64,000 bases of DNA from Callorhinchus milii. Its lineage: Eukaryota. A model generated the notes under the pieces. The model saw only the letters and a program-made list of their open reading frames with translations. It did not search any database and had not been told where the DNA came from. A program made the translations under genes and the position numbers. Position 1 is the stretch's first letter. Every line of letters starts with the position of its first letter. The stretch is taken from contig NW_024704743.1 in the NCBI RefSeq assembly GCF_018977255.1, positions 108,502,001 through 108,566,000 of the forward strand, in the 5' to 3' direction. Of this stretch, positions 24,866 through 36,955 are shown in pieces.

Positions 24866-26476
24866 AAAGAAATTCCCTCCTCACCAATTGTTAACCTTTC
24901 TCAAACCCACCATTTTATTTCTCAATGCCAAAGTTCCCAAACTGATTCACATCTGATTCCTGGGCTATGGAAAATGTTCAGGGATGCAGGATCAATTTTG
25001 TGGTATTTCTTAATGGATTTCTCAATTGAGAAATCTGGAAGGCTTTGATGCTGACTTGTGGGAATGGAATCAAGAAATTAATTTGGTCATTAAGAAATCC
25101 ATTAAGAAAAATCGCAAAATAGACCATTTCCATAGAAACAGGAGTAAACCATTCCACCCTTTGAGCCGGTTTAAATTTGCAGGACAGTTACTGACAGTAA
25201 TAATACGCTACAAGCTTTAATACAAAATAAGCTAATAATAAATTACAAACTTTTTGGGGGCACAGTCGAGAAATCTGAAACCCAGCATATTTTGGTTTCA
25301 CCATACTTCTATTGTAGGTAGATAAGGGGTGAAGTTAAGATAGTTCTATTTGCATGTGGTAATTTGCAGATCGATCCTCAAAGCTTCGAATTTTGCTGCT
25401 ATTTTGCTAACAAACAGTGAACAGTTGCTGTTTTCTGGAGAAGGAGAAGGGGGAGGGGAAATGGTGTGAGGGGTGGGGTGGGGGATGTGGGGGAATGGGA
25501 AGGAGAGGGGGAGAAATAAAACATGAAATTTGTTCTTGAATGCTTCTCCTGACCTCTGTCTCATCCACTATATTGTGGCTGATTCTTATTTCAATTTCAT
25601 GTCAATGTACTGGTTGCTGGGTGCTCCCCTCACTGCAGTGCCTGTGGATTTACTGCTTCAAAGCAAAGCCCTTGTGATCTTGGGGGCTTTCTTGTTTTTT
25701 CAGTTTACTATACAAGCACGTGACGAACAAACAAACAAACAAAGAAACAAACCAGAGGAAAAGGTGAATTTCAGCAGCAAATTAATACCTTGCATGACCT
25801 AAATGAAACAGCCTTGAAAATCACTGGAGAATAAACCTAGAATTTAAAGGTAACAAAATGCTGTTTCATTTAGGGGAGATGGTCGATGACCTTATTTGAG
25901 TGAGACGCCTTAAATGGATCAGTCATTATAAGGGGAACCAAAGCAGTCTGTCCACTGGTATGGGCTGGACCAGATGCTACTTTGAATGTTGCAGTGGGCC
26001 TTTGTCAGCCATTTTAAAAGCCCCAAACAATGCAACGAATTACAAACAACCAATCTGTTAAATGTAACAGAACAAGCGTGGCTGACGGCCATTATAGGCA
26101 TGTCGCTGGTTGGCTTATGGCTCCATGTAACCGGGGGCGGGGGCGGTGGGGGGGTCAGGCGGACGACGACAGAGAAGCAGGAATATAATCTGATTGGCAA
26201 TTCTGATTTTTTTGTTAGTGGGATGGTGATACTCTTGAGAAATGAAAATGCAACAGAAATAAAAGTATAAAAATGACTTACATTTTGCACAGGTTTTGAG
26301 CCTGCATCAGTTAAATAATTGCTATTGAATAATATGCTCCTTATGATGTCATATATCTCCGATGTCATAGTTTTTTCACACTGTCTTAGTGTATTACTTA
26401 TCAGTGTGCCCAAACCATTTTAATAATAATCTTTATACTTGATATAGTTTGTTTCATAGTGAAACTTCTCAAAGCT

Positions 26477-26860
26477 GTAAAGCCTGGATCAGTTGGTAAC
26501 ACTCTGAGTCAGAAGGTTGTGTGTTCAAGGCTCCATGTCTACACTTGAAACTCACAGTCCAAGATGAATGGGGGATTACTACAATATTTGACGTGCCGTT
26601 CTTTGGATGAGATGTGGAAATGAGGTCTCATCCAATCTCAGTGTTGGGTGTTACATATCCCATGGCACTACTTGAAAAAAGAAGGGAGTTTTTCCTGGTG
26701 TCCTGGCCAACAATCCCCAGATTGGACACCCACTTCATGGCTGTTTGTGGGACATTGCTGTGTCCAAATTTGTTGTAGTGTTGGCGTACAAAATACACAG
26801 TCACTGCACTTTACAGTGAATGCTCTATAACGTATTTTCTGTATATCAAATGCAAGTTTT
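26477..26860 (+). mobile_element. Near full-length old Deu-domain SINE (SacSINE1/AmnSINE1-like)
   Basis: tRNA-like head …ctctgagtcagaaggttgt…ttcaag; atcccatggcacta…gagtttttcctggtgtcctggccaaca…ctgtttgtgggacattgctgtg; tail tatatcaaatgcaagt. Confidence 0.8.
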
Positions 26861-27549
26861 ATTTAAAGCGCTTCCCAGAGTTTTCTGTGAAATGCAGTGA
26901 CTGTGTATTTGTAGGCAAACATAGTAGTCTTTCATGTTTATTCTACACACATCTCTTAAAGTCTCCCTGAACCACACAACATTACTGAAGGGACAGGATG
27001 GGCAGGCAACCTACTCTAAAGCCACCATCAATGCTATGTTGATCTGCTCTTGGGGAAATGTGCAAGAGTGGTGTAGTTAGCTTGATTAGCTTGCTCTCTG
27101 AATTTCTCTTCTTTCTCTTTGGGACCAAGTGTGCCTGTGCTTGGCACATTCCTCTGATACTAAGGCAGAGATCAGGAACTGAGGTTAAAGTGCGATGCCA
27201 CATCCTGCGACTCAGTAGCAAATGTACTCTCTAACGCACTGTACCAACCCATTGCTTTAAAAGACACAGGTTGCACAAAAAATCCTTAGGAAGCCTTTCC
27301 TTTTTATTTACAAACACAATATGTAAGATGCTGTCAATATAATGATAATGTAATAATGTCAAATGTGTCAAAACACACCATCAGGTCACTTGCGATCAAT
27401 ATAACTGGGAAGAAAATGTATAACAACATAGGAACAGGAGTAAGTCATTCAGCTCCTCAAGCCTGCTTCACCACAAAGTCCATGGCAACTCTCAAATTCA
27501 TTTCCGTGCCTTTTCTTGATAGACTCCAAATTTCACCTTGTCTTAGCCT

Positions 27550-27935
27550 TTAAGGCTGTTTTGTCTTAAAATGTAAGATTGCGCAGAAATGTGCGAAATT
27601 CTCAGTCTTAATTCGGAAGCGGGTTTTAACAATAACATTCATTGTATTTGATATAGCGCCTTTCATGCCTTGAGGGTATCTCAAAGCGTTTCACAGAAGT
27701 TACTGTATTTACAATCTTTAACATCCACCTGAACAGTCAGACAGGACCTCAGTTTAATGTCTCATCCAGAGGACATTGAACCTCTGACAATGTAGCGCTT
27801 CCCAGCACCTCAATGAAGTGGCAACTGGACTATTTGAATCTTCTGCAGCTCTTAAAAAGAAGCTGTTTTCTGAATGAAGACTGAATTTAGGAATTTTTCT
27901 GCATGATCTTAAATTTTAAGACAAAATAGGCTTGT
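27550..27935. mobile_element. Palindromic MITE family B interrupted by an antisense SINE (~27630-27830)
   Basis: Left aggctgttttgtcttaaaatgtaagattgcgcagaaa mirrors right tttctgcatgatcttaaattttaagacaaaataggct; the middle is reverse-complement Deu SINE (gatatagcgcctttcat…catccacctgaacag…tctcatcc). Confidence 0.75.
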
Positions 27936-30309
27936 AAAGAATGGTTGGAATTTTGGGCCTTATATCTTTTAATATCCTTACTGACCAAGTTGAGTATCAA
28001 TCTACCTCTTTAGGCAAAGAAAGGACAGGCAAAGAACAAGTTTGCAGATCACTTTGCGATGATGAAAATGTCTGTTAAACATACTTTGTACAAGATTTTA
28101 TTTATTACATTACCTGAGCTCTGCACCACGGGCAGATTTGTGTCACCGGTGAGCAAGATCATCTTAAAGCTTCTAATACGGTCCTTATCCTTCATTTAAG
28201 GAACTCTTTGTTATTTCCATTTCTTCTATGTCAACATTGTTTGCTCCCCCCTCCTCCGTGAACATTCACTTACACTTTAAGAACATTTGCTCAGCCAGGA
28301 CTAACTATCGAGAGACATCTGTTTGAGAGAAGGCAGTTTTAAAATAAATACCCTGGTCAAGAAGATGCATGTCCTCAGTAACACTTACAAATAGGAGAGG
28401 GGAGGAGGGAGAGAAACACTGGTCAATCATGACAACAGCATAGTAAAGTGTGTCTGAAAAACAGTGAATTATGCAGCTGCATGCTGAGGTCACAGGGATT
28501 GAGAGCAGCCCTTTGTTCATCAGCATTAAGTGTTGTAACGTTAAAAAATGAGACCTGACTCATTTTCTCTGGAAATACACATTTGAATCACCTCCCAAGA
28601 ACTTTAAAACATATAAAATGATTGCAAGGTATTGCAGTCGAGTCTGAGTCAAATCAAACCAGAGACAAGGGTATAAAGCTTCAGCATATTCTCTTCTCGT
28701 GTAAACTCCATCCCTCCCACCCACCCAGAAAACAAAATAGATATATTTAAATATTATTATTTGTCTCAGCTAATCAAATATTTTTGAAGCAAGCGTTTCT
28801 CATGTTTTTCTGGGACTTAACGCTGTTATGCGAGAGATTGGAGGCTTTGTGGTTTCCCTTCCCTTCTAATGCATGTAGCTTCATTGTGTCCTAAGGAACC
28901 TGTAATGAAAACAAAACATGTAGAGGATTGGGCTCTGGTGGTAATGGCAAGTGACAGATGAAATGCAACTTGCTGTTGTTCCCTCCTTCTGCTCTGGAGG
29001 ATGGAGCCGAGGGTTGGGAGAAAGGCGAGTGTTAAAGATGCAGAACTGAATGCTTGCAGCAGAGATTAGGATAAATTCAGGGCGGATTATGATTCTGCCT
29101 TCTGTGCCTCTCCTTTGCATTTGTCAACAAACCAAGGACTTTTTTTTCCCCAACCAAAAGGAAGATTAGAATCCTTAATCGGCCTAAGAGTTTGCATGGA
29201 AATAACCTTCAGCACCGAGGTGGAGCTTTGGAGGTGGTGAGGAGGAGGGAGGGGGGAAGTGGGAAGATGCATTAACATCTGATTTACCGCAGTACCATAA
29301 AGCTGAATGGACATGCTGGGCTACGTCATTTCCAATTATTAAGAAGCGAGATTAAGTGCCTTGTCAGCTTTTTCAGCCCCGCAGCAAGAACAAAGCTTTT
29401 ACCAATCAGGTGAAACTGCTGCAGTTCTTTCTCCTGTGGTAAAATGGTGCACAGGGCAAAAGCTAGCTGTTTCGTATAACACAAGGTGGAGAGGATGGAA
29501 GGCAGTGGCAGTGGATTGTGCATGTGTATGTGTATGCATGTTGGGGCAGGGGGGGATGTTAACATGTCAGGAAAAGAGATGTAAATACCACATCTGAAAT
29601 AAAATATGTGACATGCTGCTAAAGTGCTACAGTATACGCAGTGGTACAGGAAAAAAGATCTAGGCTTCTTGCCGCATTGCACTCTGTACTGCACTCGGCT
29701 AAGTCTGTGGATCAGACCATTCACAAATAGTGCAGGGGATGTGTCAAGAACTTGTTCTGGCCAAGTCGCTGAAACTGCACTGTGAGCAACGTGGTCCAAG
29801 ACCTGCAAAAGCGAGGTTTAGAATGATCGCTTTTATTTTTTATTATTCATAAAAATGATCGCTCCCTGCCCTCCCGAGGTCAGACCTCTTATTATCTTTA
29901 TGAATCAATATAACATGACCACGCCTGGGTTCAGGTCACGGTTTAACACTGTTCCAATTTAACACCATAGATATATGCAAGAGATTTGAATTAAAATATG
30001 TAAAGAACCATCCCAGGCAGCAGGAAACACTGAATGGTTCTGTGGACCCTCATCTCACAGCGCAGACGTGAGGGGCTTTAATGGAGATTGAAAGCTTAAT
30101 CGAACAAACAATCTTTGCTGCATTTTTTGAAAATGATTTATAATCACAGAGATAACACACAAACAAAAATAGAGAAGCTGAGAGAACAATGTTAAAATGT
30201 GTTGGATATCGCCTTGTTGCAGTTTTTTTTAAAAAAAAATTTTGTGTGTTCAATTTTGTTTCTAATTTTCTTTCCACTGGCACCTGACTCTCTGCTTTGC
30301 ATCTGGCCT

Positions 30310-30985
30310 CCAATGACTTGAATGCAATTCCATGGGTGCTGGTTGCCCTCTGATACCCCGCCCAAGGGACTATTGTTCATGCATGAGTCTTGGCAGTGAG
30401 TGTCTGTAGGTCACTTGGCTCTGGAGGGCGTAACAACTAGGGGTTACAATCCCGAGAATCCCAATCCCAGCAATCTGGGATCCCAAATGGTAATGGTGCT
30501 CCCAAAATCCCAGGATTCACTGAAGAGGGATTGTATAAAGGCCGAGCCTGGGCAGAAGGGGAGAGCGGGCTTTCCTGGTCTACCAGAAGCAGGCCCGAGG
30601 ACGAGCCAGTGGAAGTGGACGGGTGGGTGTTTAAACATCCCAAGTCCCCACCGTGCAGAGGGTTGCTCTTTCTGAGGTGCCCACTGGTGCGGAATCCTGG
30701 ACAAGGTAGGTTCAGAATTTGGGGCAATAAAATCCTGAAATCATGGGATTCCGAAAGAGCATGGGATTGCAACTCCAAGTCACAACTGAGCCTGACCTTT
30801 CCTCATCCAGCTGCCACACATATACACAACCAATAGATGATGCTGAAAAGGGACCAGGAGCAGGAACCCTGGCTGCTTTTCCCCTCCCTAACCCTGAAAA
30901 GGACTGGGTCAATTTAGTCTCCCTGTGCATCCCCAGCTGAGACCAGAAAACACAGCACAGACTGGCAGCAAACCAGCAAGCTCCT
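30310..30985 (-). mobile_element. Ancient tRNA-derived SINE, AmnSINE2-like, split by a DNA element
   Basis: Minus strand contains gacactcactgccaagactcatgcatgaacaatagtcccttgggcggggtatcagagggc and ttagggaggggaaaagcagccagggttcctgctcctg, resembling the AmnSINE2 consensus as I recall it; related pieces at 43465 and 51585. Confidence 0.6.
30438..30778. mobile_element. 341-bp non-autonomous hAT-type element (MITE)
   Basis: TIRs taggggttacaatccc and gggattgcaactccaa; 8-bp TSD gtaacaac (30430-30437) and gtcacaac (30779-30786); repeated ATCCC/GGGAT subterminal motifs; removing it rejoins the host SINE. Confidence 0.8.
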
Positions 30986-32112
30986 AGTCTGTAAGATACA
31001 AGTATATCCATTACACCATCAGAGCTGCTCTCTTGTTAATGTTATTAATGAATGATTTATTTGTGACTTAACAGCCACTGCAACCCGTTAATATACAAGA
31101 AAGTCTGCACAACAATTACGTGGCCTGGTAGGGTTTGTTTAATGAATGCAGAGATATGTCTAATGGAAAGTGTTTGCATCCACTCACTTGACACAGAGCT
31201 GCAGAATATCATAAAATTGGTTGAACAGTGTTAAATCAATAGGTGTATCAGAAGTGCCACTATCTGCTGGGGCAAGATATCTACTCTGGTAACATGAACA
31301 AATGAGATTCTTACTCAGAAAACATTACGTTATTTAGGTAGAATTATTATTCTTTTTTTAACATGAAATGCCAAGCTTGTCAATATCTGACACCAGGGTA
31401 GAAATGGTTAAACAGACCCTCGGGTCACCCAAGCCATTTATTAACTTTAAAATTGAGATTGGGGTGCCTGGTTCGACCACTGGAAGAGATTCTGTCTTTC
31501 GGACATATCACTCATGCTTTAGAGGTTCAGAGGTGACATTGCCAACCCTAATTGTGCACTCTCTCTCTCTCGCCCGATTACACAAATGATCTGTTCAGAT
31601 CAGTAAATATCGGTCAGGTCCTGCTAGTTTATCACTCTTTATTAAATTAAAACCTTTCGCCACCTGGAAAAAAAATATAGAACGCAGGATTCTTTTCAAA
31701 GCAATTTACTGCCTTAGGCATGGAAATAGGTTTAAAAAAAAACAGATATAGCAAAATGGCTGCATTCTACAACACACTAATCTCAGCATTAAAATTCAGC
31801 ACTAAGTGGTTGAGAGCCAGAAGCATGTGACAGCACTTAACATCAGAACAAGATTTTTTAAAAAAATAATGTCGTTGTTCGTGCCAACACATAAAAATCT
31901 TTAGAGAAAAAAAGAGATGGGATTCAGTTCTTACCTAATTGTTAAACATTGTGTTTCGTTTCTCTATAGAAATGATATTTTAAGGCAAAAGACAGAGCAG
32001 GTTATTTAATAGTGAAATTGTATCTCCACACATCCTTTGCAATGGCTTTATCCAGTTATAGAAATTAAACCCAATACTGTAAAATGTGGGCATTTAATAC
32101 TCAAACAGATTG

Positions 32113-32300
32113 ATAATAATATAATAGTAATCCTTGCATTTGAATATAGGGCCTTATCATGTCTTCAAGATGTCTCAAAGCGCTTCACAGAATATACCAC
32201 AAAGTGAATTGACAGTATATTTTGTGGGCAAAACGCGGCAGCCAATTGCGCACAGCAGTGGCCTACAAACATTTGTGGATTGAGTGACCAAATTATTATT
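32113..32300 (-). mobile_element. SINE 3' half
   Basis: taatccttgcatttga…ctcaaagcgcttcacagaatata…aaacgcggcagccaattgcgcacagca. Confidence 0.85.
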
Positions 32301-32822
32301 ATTATTGTAATTTTTTGAAGGGATTATTATCCCGGAAAAACGATCTGCCAATCGACTAACAACTGGGTTCCTACTTATTGCTAGATTTTTCATTAAAAGG
32401 GAAAGCGATGCAAAATTAGACCAGCACAAATACCCCCATTATTTTAAAACTGCAAACTTACACACATTTCACCCCACCAACCTTCTCCACTATCACCTAT
32501 TAAGGTCTAACAAGCGGCAATTTCTGATAGGGTGAGGTGGAAATTGCAATGTTTTTTAACGGACTTGTGTGATATATCAAATCTGTTAATGTCAATTTTC
32601 ACAGCATAATTACAAATACAGAATCCAAGTGGGGATTCTTTCTGGTACCCAAACATTTGCCACCCAAACCTCTGGTAATTCCTCTCCAAAATCGATCATT
32701 TTAGAAGGATTTTGGCAAGTGAACTTGGTGAACTTCTAGTTTCCTCTGAAAAAAATCCTTCAATAAACTGCTGCATATTAGACCCCCAGTAAATACAAAC
32801 TTTATCACCTGGTAATAATAAT

Positions 32823-32975
32823 AAACATAAGAACATAAGAATTAAGAGCAGGAGTAGACCATTTGGCCCCTATAGCCTGCCCCGCCATTCAATAAGATCA
32901 TGGCTGATCTATTCTAACTCCACCTACCCTTCTTATCCCTTAATCCCTTTATCTACAAGAAATCTATCAATCTCA
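32823..32975 (-). mobile_element. CR1 LINE 3' terminus
   Basis: aacataagaacataagaa…agcaggagtagaccatttggccc…gccattcaataagatcatggctgatct is the reverse complement of a CR1 tail with its terminal tandem repeat. Confidence 0.85.
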
Positions 32976-33075
32976 TGCTTGCATTTGATATAGCGCTTTA
33001 TCACATCATCCAGATGTCTCGGAGCACTTTATCACAGGATATACTATAAAGTGTAGTGACTGTGTATTTTGTGTG
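32976..33075 (-). mobile_element. SINE tail fragment
   Basis: cttgcatttgatatagcgctttatcacatc…aagtgtagtgactgtgtatttt. Confidence 0.7.
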
Positions 33076-33753
33076 CATTTGTTAATGTAATGTAATGGAC
33101 AGCTTGCTGGGCTCAATTTGTCCATTTAAGCAGGTATTCTGGGAATGGGGACTGAAATGGATCGGGGGAAGCGTGTCATGACAGGGGGATTTATGACAGT
33201 TATAACCAGTGTTAATCATTTCTTCACAACTCACAGTTTTCACCCTTACAGATAGAGGCGAACTGGACAAGATTCAAGGATCAGCATTGCATTATTGCAC
33301 CTTGTGTCTCCTGCTACTGACCATCAGTGACAATCAGTAGCATAACTCCAAGTTACACCTCCAGCTCTTTGAGACCGTCAGTAGAAATATCACCATCTCA
33401 CAAGATACTTACGTCAGAAACCAGAGAGATGAGACAGGAAGATGCAGAGAGCAGGGGAGTGAAGGAAACAGAGATGACATATTTGATGCATTTTTGATTA
33501 ATTGTTCTGTCATTAGTCTTACCTAACTACTGAAAATCTAGAGAAAACCTTTAAAACTGAATGTTACATTAGTTGCACAACTGAAATGATGGGGATGGGG
33601 GGGGGGGGGGGGGTCTTTTACCACTTTTTAGTCACTTGTAACGAAAGCATTGACGTTTTGATGAAAGTTATTACTATAACATCTTTATGTACAATTGTGT
33701 CAGACTTTCGTGTGAAGGAAATCTTGCTTGTCATTTGTTAGTTTGGATCTTTT

Positions 33754-34189
33754 GTCAGCCTGGCTCAGTTGGTAGCATGTTCCTCTCAGTCAGAGGTTGT
33801 GGGTTTGTGCCCCATGTTAGGACTTTGAGCTCACAGTCTGGGGCTGACACTCCAGTCCAGTGTTGGAGGAGCACTGCATTTTCAGAGGTGCCTTCTGGAT
33901 GAGTCATTAAAACTGAGGTCCCATCTGCCTGTTCAGGTGGACATTAAAGATCACATGGCATTATTCAAAAAGAGGAGTTTCTCCTAGTGTCCTGGCTAAC
34001 AATTCCTCAGATAAATTGATCATTCAATTCATGGCTATTTGTGGGACGTTGCTATGTGCAAATTGGCTGCTGCGTTAGCCCACAAAAGACGCACAGTCAC
34101 TACATTTTTCAGTAAGTGAAATGCTTTGAGATGTCCCTGTGATGTGATAAGGCCAGTTTGAATCCAAGGATGATGATGATTATTATTAT
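33754..34189 (+). mobile_element. Full-length old Deu-domain SINE (SacSINE1/AmnSINE1-like)
   Basis: Head gtcagcctggctcagttggtagca…; ggctgacactccagt…gcactgca…; Deu core atctgcctgttcaggtggacattaaagatcacatggca…tgtcctggc…tgtgcaaattggctgctgcgtt; tail …aaggatgatgatgattattatt. Confidence 0.9.
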
Positions 34190-36403
34190 CTATCTATCTG
34201 TCTCTCTTTCTGTCTGAAAAGCTTTACCTGTGTTCTCTGTTAATCTTGGAGCCATAAACAAGGTACATAATATTAGAAATCATCCATTATCATGGTGCCT
34301 TATAAAGGGGGTTATTGTATTAGATATAATAGATTGATAGACAGAGATTCAAATACAGATATATCTTACAGGCTCAACATGTCCATGACACAAAGCATGG
34401 CAAAATTATGGTGACAGTCTGATAGTCTAATCTGAACACACATTTAGAAGTCTGCATGTTCACGTTCAGAAACTCTTTGTGACTTGCTGTGCTTATGCCA
34501 CAAGCCAGTCTAACACACCAAACACACACACAAAGATCAGGGACTGGAGCAACTTAGAGCCGTATTTTAAAAATAAAGACTTCTTAAATCAAACTCCAGG
34601 ATAGCTAAAGTGCACGAACCAGTGACAGCCTTTGTCACATCGGAGTCACATTGTGTACACTTGCCTGGGCTGCTCTGACAATGTAGAGGGAACGTCTATT
34701 AGTGCCCTGCGCACAGCACCCACATAATGAATAGGCAATGCTCATTCATGGCAATTATCTGGGGACATTTGGAGCTTCCCCCTGCACAATCAGGGCATTT
34801 ACATATACCACGCCATGTTGAGGTGACAAATTTTCTAGGACAGTATTACCATCTGTCACCAACTGTGCCCATTGACACCCAGAGTCTCACCCAATAAGTA
34901 GGGGCCCCATTCACATTCAAGGCATTGTTATTGCCAAGTGTTTAGATCCCTACCTGTGTGCCCCACGGTGCATTGATTGAAGTGCAGCTCACTTCGCGAA
35001 TGAAAATGAGCAGCTTGATTTGTACTAAAAACAGGCTAAATGGCACTGCGCTGGGCTCAAACCTGGAGCACTGCTGGGTTTCTTAACATTGCTCGAGATG
35101 GGGGTGTGTGGAGGAGATCAGGGCTTTGCAACCTTGCGTTTTGTATGGGAGGGGGTGGGTTGGGGTGTGCAGGGAACAGGGCGAATGTATGCAGCATATG
35201 GTGGTCAAACCTTGGGAGGGGGTCCTGGTAAGAAATTAAGCAAAAGAAGAGCAGACGGCCCAAAATGAATGTGGACACCCTGGTGCAATCAGATTAATGC
35301 TATATCAAGCTGGCTAAGAATAAGCTTTATGCGGAGCGCTGCAGAGAGCCGCTGTTTCGATCCTGTTTAACCCTGGGTCTTCTGCATAGGCGTGAAGTGC
35401 TTACACATTACAATAAAGTGCAGATTAAAGTTACAGTCTCCCTTTGACAGGCCCGCTGTTGAAAGCATTTAGGATCTAAAAGCATTACATTCTCTTCCAA
35501 GCCATTAATTTTTAATTTCTGCTTTAATTTTTTAAAAAAAATATTTCACTTTAAACCCTGATTAAAGACAGTTAGCCCATAGCTCAGCTGCAGTAGGTCA
35601 ACAGTGAATCTGTGAAATGTAAAAAATAATACACAGATATATATGGAAAAAGGATAGAGCAGCTTTGGTAACATTATATTACCTGAATCTTTGTGACAAA
35701 GAGTCACATAACGGGCTCCGCATTCAACTGAGAGGATGAGAATGGCTATCAGGTATCCTGTATATTCATAACAGATTTGTTTGCGTTAAAAAAGGCTCTG
35801 TATGTAAGTGTGTTGCTTAAAATATCACTCTCGAAATATCTTGCGGTGTTTTCTGCGCCCCTCTTCTTTATATCATTATAAATAATAATTATTATCATCA
35901 TAAGGTCAACTAGCTTGTTTTATAACGAGACTCTCTCTATGTATTATTGTTTTCGAGGCTAATTTATTTCATTCGAATACTGTATTGAAATTCAGGGTGA
36001 TGCACGCACAGTGTGGCTGGTGGGGGCCGAACGGCCACTATTTGGTGCAGAGCGTCACTGCACTCTGTGGCTCGCTTGTCCTCTGTTTTGCTGGGGAAAC
36101 CTTGAAGCCAGGCCTCCAGCTAATGTCTCTGTCCATCGATGAATTTCCATGAATTCAGTGCGAGCTGCAGCAGAGAACCCGTGCGGTACTGGGACCAGTT
36201 CTGCCTCTCCTCTGGTACAATGGTCGATAGACAAAAGAAGGGTGGCTTGATCTTCGGGCTAATGCAGTAAACACGAAAGCTCAAATTATAAATGCATGTG
36301 TATTCTGAATGTATATATATATATATATTTATAATTTTATAATTGTACATATATATATATTTGTATTATAAACATTTAAATATATATACATATAATTCAT
36401 AGC

Positions 36404-36955
36404 TCTAAATTGGTGGAGTTGGGAGGATGAATCCATGTGATAATTTAACTTGAGTGCAGACTGGCTTGTTACAACCAGAATCCCTTATATCTCTCTCTCT
36501 CTATATATATATAATATATACTGTGTGTATGTATATATGTATGTATATATACATATATTGTTTTGAGGAAACTTCGTGACTGGCAGGAGGTAAACATACG
36601 AATTATAGGCTGTTTTTCTCTTCAGTTAAATTTTTTTTAAAACGTATCTTTTCTTTTATCACACCCGACGATGAAAGGAATATTAAAAAGGCAGTAAGGA
36701 AACAGATCAGCTCCACCCAGGACAGATAGAATTCCCAATGAGAGGTCACTGGGGAAAAGGCACCTCTCCTGTCCCATAAAATTAATGGCTGAAAAGCAGA
36801 ACCCTCACTCGCATCAGCCACCAAAGGGGTTTGGGGCCCTGTTTAATATTCAACAAATATTAGCTGGTTCTAAATTGGTGGAGTTGGGAGGATGAATGCA
36901 TGTGATACAGTACTTTAACTTGAGTGCAGGCTGGTTCACTGCAGCCAGAAACCCT
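36404..36955 (+). repeat. Two ~85-bp direct repeats (36404-36485 and 36869-36955)
   Basis: Both start tctaaattggtggagttgggaggatgaat and share catgtgata…tttaacttgagtgcag.ctgg…ccagaa.ccct. Confidence 0.9.

Noticed and set aside
25919..26413. Longest ORFs in the track (164 aa here; also 29326, 17458, 43823, 55723)
   Set aside because: Most begin at non-ATG codons, cross repeats or low-complexity runs and have no domain signature; such lengths are expected by chance in 64 kb
29208..29230. REST/RE1 site (ttcagcacc…)
   Set aside because: The left half-site is perfect but the right half (ggtggagct) does not match GGACAGCGCC
35996..36265. GC-richer segment as a coding exon on either strand
   Set aside because: The open frames are short, end in stops and resemble no known protein; it may be regulatory but I have no direct support
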